DNA of 64,000 nt from contig CM022667.1 of assembly GCA_012295275.1 (NCBI GenBank), positions 8,680,001-8,744,000 of the forward strand, given 5' to 3'. Below are positions 1-10,955 of this stretch, one piece after another. The DNA comes from Chrysomallon squamiferum (taxonomy: Eukaryota; Animalia; Mollusca). A program made the translations under genes and the position numbers. The notes beneath the pieces are model-generated. The model saw nothing but the letters and a program-made list of their open reading frames with translations, searched no databases and was not told the origin of the DNA. The number at the start of each line of letters is the position of its first letter. Within the stretch, counting starts at the first letter, position 1.

Positions 1-834
1 TCTGGCATTAAATGGCTGTTGTCATGGCTACACTTCAAATGTGTTTACTTTAGACAATAAAATAACTGCAACACATTTCATTTTACAGACCTGCAGAGTA
101 GGCCATAAATTCAGTGCCTAGGGACTGAATTAAGTACTATCAATTTAAAATGCAAACTACTGTCAGTTCTGATAACCAACTGTTGCATGTGCTGGTATGG
201 TGGCTAAATGCCAATGCAACTCAAAACTCAACATTCCTGTGTGGAGTCAGGCTAACAACATACCTGGGAACGTCACCAAAAAATGGAACGACCATTTTAT
301 GCAAAGCTGCGGTCTAAATGTTTACCCTTCGGCGCCCACCTGACTTTTATCAATCACTCGAATACCCGGACCGACCCCAAGAGATAGTGCAGCTACGATG
401 CTAAAAATAAACCACAGCTTCGGGCTGTGTTCAGGTGGAAACAGAAATGTGAGTAGCAGCCGATACGAAATCGGTTTTTGCCAAAGTGCACGCTAATCGA
501 TACAAGCAACAGGCGATGAAAAGAACTTTCTTCGGAAAGTTTCCTCAGGCCTTATCGATTGAGTTTGGCGAAAGTTTGCGTTTGCTGAAACACGGTAGTT
601 TCAAACAGCTGCTGCAATGGAGGTCGGCCAGTGAATAAATAAAAGAAACCGAATCCCTTAACGGAGAAAAACGAAACGGAACAACTGAATCGTGTCAAAA
701 TAATTCTCCCACCCCATTCCCACACTTTGGTAATTACATCAAATAACTTATCGACACCTCATCAATTTACATCAAATCGTTATACATTCGTGTTTATAAT
801 TTCACTGAAATGACAGGTATTTAATAAGACTCAC

Positions 835-950
835 CTGTCACAAGAACTGACGAGGAAGTTTCCGAGCTAACCAAAATTTCAAAGTTGCGTGTCGCGCGGC
901 CGCCATGTTTTGTCACGAATGGAATTCTGTTGGCAGCGAGCACGTGACAC
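835..950 (-). other. Probable first exon (5'UTR with 22-codon uORF) of a minus-strand gene continuing left of the window
   Basis: CpG-rich island. Minus strand reads AAAACATGGCGGCC (YY1/Kozak-like, ATG at 906-904), then MAAARHATLKFWLARKLPRQFL-TGA (840-838), then a consensus donor CAG|GTGAGT (exon end 835). The 5' boundary is approximate. Confidence 0.55.
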
Positions 951-1152
951 TTCTGCAACTTTGGCGACTTGTCATCGAAAACACACCTGTGCGATAAATA
1001 TACAATAAACGAATAATTTACCTTCAATCAAGTCGTTTCTACACGCCGTTCATCTCGCCAATATATCGCATCACTCGTGTTCAAGTAACAGCACCCCGAC
1101 TTCCTGATAATGCGACAACAGGACAGCCTGAAAGCGAATGCAGTCGGCTGTG

Positions 1153-1168
1153 ACGCTAGGGGGCGCAC
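1153..1168 (+). promoter_or_regulatory. CTCF-like motif in the CpG-rich promoter region
   Basis: ACGCTAGGGGGCGCA resembles the CTCF core AGGGGGCGC; motif match only. Confidence 0.25.
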
Positions 1169-1693
1169 CACCTTACAATGGTGACATTTTTTGGTACCTG
1201 TCCAGTCTCTTGGAAGTTGTAAAGAAGTAGCGCACTGGAAATCGTTACAGGGGGTATTTAGTGGTACTTTATACGATTATCCTGTTTTTGTTTATATTCG
1301 AGGTCAAGGAAAGTGGAAATCAGTGTTTTGGTTGATTGGCAGCCCACGTAATAATTCTGTGGAATTTTAAACTCGGACGAAATTCATTAGGCCTACTAAT
1401 TTCTAATCAGATGCACTGTTTTTGTCATTAAACTTTAATTAAAAAAAAAAAAAAAAAAAAAAATTAAAATTAAAAAATTAATAATAATGGTATTTCATTT
1501 GAAATTATTTGTTTTGCGAATGGAAAAACAAACGAAATTAATAATATTAATTAATTATTAAAAAGGATAAAATAATGATTAAATAATTTTTAAAAATTAT
1601 TTACATTGTTACTTTTAGAGAGGAAATGGATTAAGAAGGTAAAATATTTGAAATGTGAAAAATTGTTATAAAATAATAAAATAATAATCTTCA

Positions 1694-1724
<31 letters not shown>

Positions 1725-2195
1725 TTTGACATAAATGTAATTATTATTTTTCAGTCTTTCAGTTTATCTCTTTCTGTCCGTCATGCACACGGAAAGTAAT
1801 AAACACATACACACACGCACAAACGCACACGCATACTCGTATTATTCTCATAATTTCACCGTCATAATGTTTCTACAGTAGAAATTAGGCTAACTGAAAG
1901 AGATGGCTATGGAATTTGCTTTGAAATTACTTTTGTGTAGCAAACATCTTTTTCTATCTTATTTTTTCTAAACTTAGAATGTATAATATATTCATTAACA
2001 AAAATATTATATTTATAACACTGAGGAATCCCAAATCTCAAGCTATAAAACAAAAAGAAGAATAATTACTTAATGAAATTAAATCAATACACAAGCGCTA
2101 TATTTGGTAAGCTTTGGATGACTAAACTTTAAATAAAGGGCAAATTATAGCTTCACATTCACAAGCCATCAATGGCGCCATCGCTGATTTTATAC

Positions 2196-2227
<32 letters not shown>

Positions 2228-2572
2228 TAAGATGCACAAAAACACACATAAAAAAGGGGGAAAAAAAAGCACTGATATTAAATTACCATAGCAAACTGGA
2301 TTAGGATCTATGATATATCAATTTCGGAGCGCTGACTATAATAGGAAAATAGTTCGTCTTGTACACTGAAGAGGACTGACCATGCGATCTTTTACGTCTC
2401 AAGCGCCACTTTTTTCTCTCTCAAACATTTTTTTAAATTTTTTTTTTTTTTTGCATACTAATCCCCAGCTGTTATGTACAACTGCATTTAGAATTTAAAG
2501 CTCCGAAAGAAAAAACAAATTTATTTATTATCTATTTTTGTTGTTGTTTGCTTGTTTGTTTATTTGTTTGTT

Positions 2573-2630
<58 letters not shown>

Positions 2631-3058
2631 CTTTAAAATTTAAAAAAAAAAAAAAAAAAGGAAAAAATAGACTTTGGTATTATTGCCCAGAAAGACGTAT
2701 ACAGATTTGTAATGGTTGTAAGTCTAGAACTAATCTTATTATGTAACTTTAATAACGTATAACACATGTCTAAGAAAAGTACCCCGTGCCGTATTGTCAC
2801 AGAATTCTCGAGGTTATTCATTCGCTATTCACACTTTTTTGAGTTGGCATATTTAGACAATAATTACTACACTGGAATTGGCGTCGATCACTTGTCAAAT
2901 TAAAATCCTAATCTGTTTTATGATCTTCTTGTTCCAGTGGCGCTGGCTCGATAGGTAGATATTAGAATGTCTTTGCTTAGACTCCTGTGCAGCTGATGTT
3001 TCATTCCATTATACTGACTCCTATCCTAAACTAACTTCTCAAACAAATACGTAGTTTT

Positions 3059-3159
<101 letters not shown>

Positions 3160-5339
3160 TCTTAGGTTAATACATTAGAAACACTATTTCAAATAGTTGC
3201 ACCACAAACTAAGAAGCGACAGACGTATGTTTACGAAGCAGACTATATTGCTTTATTCATTTTTTTTTTCTCTCAGAAAAGATCGATTTCTTCAAACGGT
3301 AGTGCGAGTTTTACGTATAATACATAAAGACTGCATTTTGAATTTATAATATATAGGTCTTCGTTTGTAAATTAAATCGTTCTTATCAAAGTCAATACCA
3401 TGTACCTAGTTATCGTAAACAGTGTGGTAATTATGTTTTACTGTCTAGGAGAAGGTTTTTCTTTTTAACTAAAGTTTATTGCTGCTAACTGAGAAATATG
3501 AATTTCTCGTAAGATCATAATCAGAAGATTCAAATGTTTTATTACTATGACAGAGAAATAACAAATGTGTTTTACAGGTATCGTTAAATAACAGGTATGT
3601 ATTCCAGTCCGTGATATTAAATAATCTTTAACTTTCAAGTCAAAAAATAAAATAAAATAAAATAAAATAAAATATATTATTGTCATTAAACTTTAACCGT
3701 ACAACTGAGTAAATTCAAATTCACTGCCTTTAAAACCCGAACGTTCTTAGTTGCTTTATAAAACCAAAGTTCCGTTTCTCTTCTTTTAGGACAAGAATTT
3801 TCTCAGCTGACGTCAAAAAGAAGGCGGTTTCCCCAATGCCGCCCAGTACCTATCGAGTTGCCAGTGCAAGCGACTGCTTTATCCTGCAGAGAGACCAATT
3901 AGCGACGGCTCGACACGACAATTATCCGAAATAAAGATTAGAGCATTTCCATAGCTCTCCTTTCCCCCTTTGTTTTGCTGTCGTTAAGATAAGCATGTGT
4001 TTGTTTTGACATCCGAACGGCTACTGTTTGTTTCACTGACCAGAAAGGTTGTGTTTCGGCATGTTTAGTTTTACCTTGGTGTATTAAAGTGTGGTAGGTG
4101 TACCGAGGACCGGATAGCGATTTGTTATTATTATTGTTATTTTTGTTGTTATTGTTATTGTTGTTATTTCTCTGTCATTGTTAGTGTTATTATCATATTA
4201 TTATTATTATAATTATTATTATTATGTTCATTGTTATTGTTGTTGTTGTTGTTATCACTATTATTTCTTTTCTCAGTCTAACTGTTATTTGAACAAAATT
4301 TCAAACAGCCGTCGATTCTTTGAAAAACATTTTCACTTCTGTCTTCAAAACGAGATTCAGTTTTCTTTGAGAGAAAAATAAGAAAAGTTTAAATGGGAAT
4401 ATTTATTTTAAAAAGAAGTTGTATAATTAACTACTATTTAATTTATTATGTCTAATTGTTTAGCGTCCAAATGTATACTTAACAACAAAATGAGTAATCA
4501 GTATTTTTTTAATCATACTTATTAATGTTATTAATTACTATGAGTGAAGATTAGAAGTCATTCTTAAAGTATATTTTATGTCTGTGCTTGAATGCATGTT
4601 TTCCCTGTGTGTACGTTTGTGTATTATACATGAGAAGAAACCCGCTGTCACTATTTCAAATTATTCAGCTTATAAACGGGAAAGAAAATTTTGGATAGGC
4701 CAAAAGGACGGATTGGATGGAACGAAAAGCAGTTCTTTAGATCCGCCTGGGATTGAACTGACAATTTACACTCTCTGAGGTACACCTACCTTCTCTGTTA
4801 AATATAATAAATCTAAGCAAATAAATTTCAAATATATCTTTGTGCATAAAAAATGTGTTCCGATAAATCTGACTCAGAATTTCGTATTTGATTTGTCTTT
4901 TTAAAGTAAAATGTATGAATATGAGAGAGAGAGAGTGAAGGGCAAATCAGTCGGTATTTGTATGCATGTGTGTGAATGTGTTTATATATACACACACACA
5001 CACACAAACGCACACACACAGACACATATAAAACAGCCTAGAAATCGTTTAAAATAAGATCAAAACATTTGAACTTGTTGTTAATAATATTTGTATGCAT
5101 CTATATGTATATTGTAAATCTTTACTTTAAATGAACCAAACATTAACAAATGCGTCCCCCGTCGAGGTAAGCATTTTTATTTTTTATTTTTTTTTTAGAC
5201 GCTCTCCACGTCATAATATCTTTTTTTTCAGAGAAAGTCCTGCGTGACGTCATGGATTTTATATGCAAATTGCGTGTGCTTTCCTGTAATGGTTTAGCTA
5301 TGGTTGTCGAAATATTTCGAGACTTTTTTTTTTTTTGAC

Positions 5340-5388
<49 letters not shown>

Positions 5389-7273
5389 GGTATTGCAACG
5401 AATCAAAATAAAAAAAGCGGATCCACCCATTCATGGATGTTAATAGATGTTGGAGTGTTGTTTTTCTTTTTCTTTTTTCTTATTTTCTTTTTGAAATTTC
5501 TTCATAATTATAATTTTATTAGCATTAGTGTTCTTAATATTATTTTGGTTGTAATAAAATTCCAGTAATTTTTAGTGAGCTGAATCTGACGAATGGCAGT
5601 GGTATAATTTGAGAGTGAGGGCATGAAGTATAAGTGTTCCGATCACTTTTTTTTTTATTTTTTTTATTGCCAATGCTGCAATAGGAATTCAGACAAAATT
5701 TTAAAACTGCACTCTTTATTATTATTATTATTATAAATTCCAAAGCCTCTGCAAAAAAAAAAAAAAAAAAAAACTAACGATCGTCTGCTTTTCCTGAAAT
5801 TATCAATTTCTTGTCGGCTAATTATCAATTTATTCTTATTGTTTTTGTTGTTATTTGTTTTAACAGTACTCATTTTTAACATATACGTCTCCTAACTGAC
5901 TGCAGTATTTCTATTCCAAATTTGTTAACAAACATCAAGGTCGCCACATTTCTTTTTCTGTCATAAAATGTATTCATGTGACACTTTAAATACATGCTGC
6001 CAATGATGGATATGTCTGTGACGTGTTGTTAATGCTAATGAAGGTTTTAATTAGTAGACAGACAAAATTAGAACCAAGGGCAAGTTCTAAAGGTCACAGT
6101 TGAAAATTAAAGAATTATGTCTGGTTTAATTAATGGATATAAATACATTCGTTTGAAACGTACTTGTTTGTTTTATTTTATTCGGTTTGTTATTTTTAAT
6201 ATAAAATTAGATTCACAAAATTAATAACAACAACAATAATACTGATAAAAAGTATAATAATTAGAATAATAATGATGATGATGATGATGATGATGATAAT
6301 TATAATTATAATTATAATTATAATTATTATGTTCATAAGTACAGTGTGTTTCAAAAAGAAAATTTATATTTTATTTCCGCAACTTTGCTGTTAAACTCTA
6401 TATTATTCATAACTAGATCTACTTCAAGTTTATGCAGTCATTTATAAATTGTGTTTCCTGATGTACCACACATTTTGGGTTTCGCTGTCGTATTGTCTTT
6501 ATCATACAGCCTTCCTGAAAAATAATATGTGGATCCGTCCCTTGATGGGCAACTGAGAACACGCCACGGTGACGCGTCAACCCAGCCGATAACGATTGGC
6601 TGCTTTATGCAACTCTGTATCTTCGAGAGGAAATCGTGTCGTTTGTCGCCAGCTGATTGGCTAACAGGCATCCCGGCGTTCCAAGTGAGTCGTGTTGCGG
6701 GGTCACGGAGCCTGTCTTTCGAGATCAAAGACCCAAGTCTTTCAACTTTCCGTCATGTCTCTTTGTCGACCTTTCCCAATTAGTCTGAGAATCGCTTGGC
6801 CGGTTCCTACAAAAGTCTGGACAAAGTTGGTGTCAAAAGAGTCTTTGAATTGAAATTTAGGATGCTATTTGTTTCGCCATTTAACAAACTCTTTTAAGCT
6901 CTTGATACCTGATAGCGTGAGAATATTTCATAGATACCTGCTTGTGGAAATGCACAGACATGCAAGTGTGTTAGTTTATTCGTTTAACAACAGCTATATC
7001 TAATCAGTCAAAGGTTTATTTAAGAGTAGTACGTTAGCACTAAAATCATCAATCAATCATTTATCTATCATATTTCATTTGACTAAAATTTACGAGATAT
7101 TTCCGACGCGTCAAAAAATAATTATTAAATATATCATTCATTATATGCGTCACCCTGGTTTTTAAGAGGACGGCGGAAATCGCCTGCACCTACTCCAACA
7201 GAGAACGTCAAATCTGTCATGCCTTGGTGACCAGGGAGTTCCAAATACCGAATCCAGTCGTCTTGGCAACCGG

Positions 7274-7402
7274 CTAGAGTGACGACAACGGTGAATACCT
7301 CGCTAACCTTTCGCCCCTAGTCATGAATTTCTATCCAGTTTGGGATCAGCCAGTTCTTGTAGTTGGAGTTTCGTTCCTTTTATAGCCCTTTGAAAAGATT
7401 GG
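7274..7402 (-). promoter_or_regulatory. CCAAT + TATA core-promoter-like element with a short downstream ORF/possible first exon
   Basis: Minus strand: CCAAT (7402-7398), TATAAAA (7384-7378), ATG at 7324 opening MTRGERLARYSPLSSL*, with possible donors AG|GTTAGC and AG|GTATTC; lies in a GC-richer island ~7140-7460. Confidence 0.3.
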
Positions 7403-8920
7403 TTTACCCTCGGGGCGTCTCGTCTCGTCTGCCTGATCACGCGACTGAGACAAACTAGCCAAGCAGTGGAAGATAAAGAACACTTTGATCTACTTTCTTA
7501 GAGACATTAATTTATATGAGCTATGGTTGACAAATACGGGTTGTTGTTTTTTTGTTGTTGTTTGCTGTAGCAATATTAGGTTTATTGTTATGGATACTTG
7601 TATTCGTAAACATAGGCAGGCTTCAGCGTGTGAAAGTGGAAAATAAAATACGAAAAGATTAGTCTAAACATTAAACATTTAAAATATTATTATTTAACTC
7701 GCGCAGATCCAGAATAACTGCAAAGTTCATCTTCACAGTTTTCTTCATACAGACTGAAGAAATAACAAAGTTTTTCATTATTTAAAAATATCACTCAAAA
7801 CACAAAAGAAAAAAAGAAACAAATGCTAATAAATTAATAAACAAACAAACAAATAAAATAAAACAATTCCTGAAACAGCCTTCGTTACTTTATTCTGTTA
7901 TCAGACAGGAAACATTAAAAACAGATCATTATTTAGGAATGTTTGAAAACTCTTTAATAAATTATCTTTCTTTCGTGTCTCGCATATAGATCACAGAACG
8001 ATCACGACAAAGACAGTAAAACTAGGAAGTTTCTGAGTCACAGTAAAGGTGTGTGTTTGATGAAGAGAATACAGTTAAGTGCCGCAAGGCACGATTAACC
8101 ACCTACTGTCAATATAAGATAGCGATACATCGTTTGGAGCGGACATTATTGACATCATTTTAATAATAAAACAACTCTTGGAATGTTAAGCCATTCGATC
8201 GTGACAGAAATTAATATTATTACATATTATATATGGACTTACGATATTTATTCTCTAAAAATAAAGTGTCGGAATAAAAGGTTATTATAATTATTGTAAT
8301 TAATAAACCATTAATCAGATCTGTAAACGCCAGTGCCTAATGCAGTAATTTTAGAAGAATGTTTGTGTACCCAGTCTTTGTTGTGTATTTGATTCACCGA
8401 GTACATTGTACACAGTCATTATTTGTGTGCACATATATAACTGTTTCTTTATCTCGACACATAACAAGGAGGTAACAATTATGTATTTTTTGTGTGTGTC
8501 TTAATAGCAGTTCTTAAAGACTTTCATTTAAAAAAAATTAAAATATTAAAGCTGATAATGAGTTAGTATAAAAGTAGAAACTTTAATTTGAAAAAATAAA
8601 CACGGGAAAGACTGTGATTAGAGCTAGGGTAAAATTTAAAACAGATTTGATTTAAAAAAATTTACTTGTCAAATTTCATGACTACTGATGGAATAAATTT
8701 TGATATTTAAAAATTATCTAGGGAAAGTATTTGGGAAAGTAAATTCAGTATGAGTATTTACTGAGAGAAGCATTTTGATTTTTTAAGAAAAAAAGAGTAA
8801 CACTCACGTAAATGAATATTATTAAATTATAAATAATAAAAATTATTTAAAAAAAGCATCTGATAAAATACAGGAGTATTATCAATTTTTTAATAAATAG
8901 TTTTTTTAAAGAAAAATAAG

Positions 8921-9011
8921 TGCCCCGGGTGAGGATCGAACTCACGACCTTCAGATTGCTCTGTTATTTGTGATTATGAGACTGACGCGCTGCCTACTGC
9001 GCTACCGAGGC
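8921..9011 (-). tRNA. tRNA-Met(CAU), elongator type, with 18-nt intron at 37/38
   Basis: Minus strand GCCTCGGTAGCGCAGTAGGCAGCGCGTCAGTCTCATA[atcacaaataacagagca]ATCTGAAGGTCGTGAGTTCGATCCTCACCCGGGGCA: 73-nt mature body typical of animal tRNA-Met(e), intron at 8957-8974, intact A/B boxes, and a T5 Pol III terminator just downstream. Confidence 0.96.
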
Positions 9012-9154
9012 TCTGAACTAGAATTTCAAAATAAGTTATTTAAAGAGAATACATGTTCCGTATAGTCACGGAAACTACCGAATCTGTATTTTTTTTATTT
9101 TTTTTTTGTATAAGGGAATGAACTCTAATTTTTCAAATATCCGTAGATCCGAAA

Positions 9155-9538
9155 ATGGCGACAGAAAATTCAGAACACACTGTGAATTCAGTGGAAACAG
9201 AAATAGAGGAAAATGAAGATGTTCAAGAACTCAAAGGAAAGAAGGTGGCTAAGCATGATTCTGGTGCAGCTGATCTCGAAAAAGTTACAGACTATGTTGA
9301 AGAAACAGAAATATCTGCACAAAGTATTGGGGACGCCATGAAAGTCGTGAATGTTCGGAAAGCACAAGAAGTTTCGGAAAAACAAGCCAAAGAAAAAGAA
9401 CTTTCAAAAGTCAAAATTAGTAAAGAAGATGTAGACATTATTGTACGTGAAATGGAAATCCCAAGACTGCAAGCAGAAAGATGTTTACGAGAATATAAAG
9501 GGAACATTGTTGAAGCATTAGTGGCATTGACAAACTGA
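9155..9538 (+). CDS. HYPK: Huntingtin-interacting protein K (NatA regulator), 127 aa, single coding exon
   Basis: Conserved motif KHDSGAADLEKVTDYVEETEI and C-terminal UBA-like domain SKEDVDIIVREMEIPRLQAERCLREYKGNIVEALVALTN*; good start context AAAATGGCG. Confidence 0.95.
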   Translation: MATENSEHTVNSVETEIEENEDVQELKGKKVAKHDSGAADLEKVTDYVEETEISAQSIGDAMKVVNVRKAQEVSEKQAKEKELSKVKISKEDVDIIVREMEIPRLQAERCLREYKGNIVEALVALTN

Positions 9539-9674
9539 TCTTTATGGAACACGTGGTCAAATGAAATTTCTGTTCAGAAAAATGGATAAATTAACACCAG
9601 CATAAATTTAAAAATAAAACTATTATTTTTCTCAAAACAATAGTATTATATATAAATTGAACAAAACTTTCGGA

Positions 9675-9705
<31 letters not shown>

Positions 9706-10704
9706 CTAAAAAATAATTTATTTGGAAAAAACAAGTGTATTTATTTAACACCAGTGTTTTGAGAAACAAATGAGCAACTTAGTCCAGATAGTCTTAGTTA
9801 ACGATTAATTAATCAAAGATTTTAATTAATTTATTTACATTTTCTTTACACTTGTTTTGTTACAGTTCATCATTTGATTAATAATTAATTTTATTTAGTA
9901 ATTTCTTAAATAAAATTTTTTTTTTAAAATATATTTAAATTTTTTTTATTTATAATTACTAAATGTATAAATGTATATACATATCTTTAAAACTACTATA
10001 ACAACTACTTAAAAATTTATAAAATTTGAAATTATTATGGTGGTTTATTGTTTCTAAACATTTAATAAATTATATATATATGCTTTTTGTGTTTTTGAAC
10101 TTAATAATCTGCATTTGTATTTGTTATTTATAACTATAAAATTGTAACAGAAAATAAAATAGGTTTGATCTAGATAAGAGCAGATAATTTTTTGTTTTGT
10201 CCCTTTTCAGAAGAAACAAAACCAAGGTTAAAATACTTGAATAATGTATTTTAATATTAATAGTGATTAGAATTAATAGTATATTTCAAACACAGTCAAT
10301 ATTATTTCGTTTGTTTAAATATTGTCATTAAAAATTAGAAGACAGTAAAATTTACATGTAATACTTGACAAGTTTAGTAGTGTCCTCAGAAGAAATAGCA
10401 AGACAGTTATTGAAAAAAATAAATATATATATATATATATCTGTTACATTTAAATAGTCTCAGGAATTACGATTAATTCCACAGATGTTATTGAAGACAT
10501 TTCAAATATATATTTTGAGTTGGAACAACAGTTTGGTTTTTTTCTCAATAGGTGGTGCTTGAAAACATTATTTGCATTTCATATGTATGTGTATGCATAT
10601 ATATATATATATATATATATATTACGAATTTAAGTTACCTATATGTATGTATTGAAATTCCTCAAAGATAAACTTGTTAAAAAATGCACTTGTACTAAAT
10701 TCCT

Positions 10705-10955
10705 ATCTTGCTTTAATCATAAGTTGTTGAACCAGCATTTGCATAAGTGGTTCCAGCTGGTATCTTCTTCCAAGTGCTCCTCAGGAAAAACAGCAGATGA
10801 CTGCAGAAACCTACATCAGCCGAGGGAGCCTCCCTGGACAACTACAACAACTCTCTAGAAGAAGCTGTGTGACACAAGAAGTGATCTACAGAGAACAGAA
10901 TCATTCACAGTCACTGCTGGTCTTGACGTGTAGTCAACAAGTGAATCCAAAAAAG
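10705..10955 (+). mobile_element. Decayed 3' fragment of a non-LTR retrotransposon (I/Nimb-like ORF2 C-terminal zinc-knuckle region)
   Basis: Translates LNQHLHKWFQLVSSSKCSSGKTADDCRNLHQPREPPWTTTTTL*KKLCDTRSDLQRTESFTVTAGLDV*, resembling the 'LNxHLxx...CxCG..xTxxH..xC..L..R..W.....L..KL......L.RT..F....GL.V*' terminus of I-group LINE ORF2, with a stop and deletions. Confidence 0.6.

Noticed and set aside
838-840. TGA as selenocysteine/readthrough in a coding first exon
   Set aside because: No redox-motif context and no SECIS can be evaluated; a uORF stop is simpler.
4730-4795. tRNA gene on the minus strand (GTTCAATCC B-box)
   Set aside because: No cloverleaf or good A-box; at most a decayed SINE head.
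7140-7460. 7SK, RNase P/MRP or telomerase RNA
   Set aside because: No convincing paired GATC stem with 3' terminal hairpin, no P4 consensus, and CTAACCT is not a full TTAGGG template.
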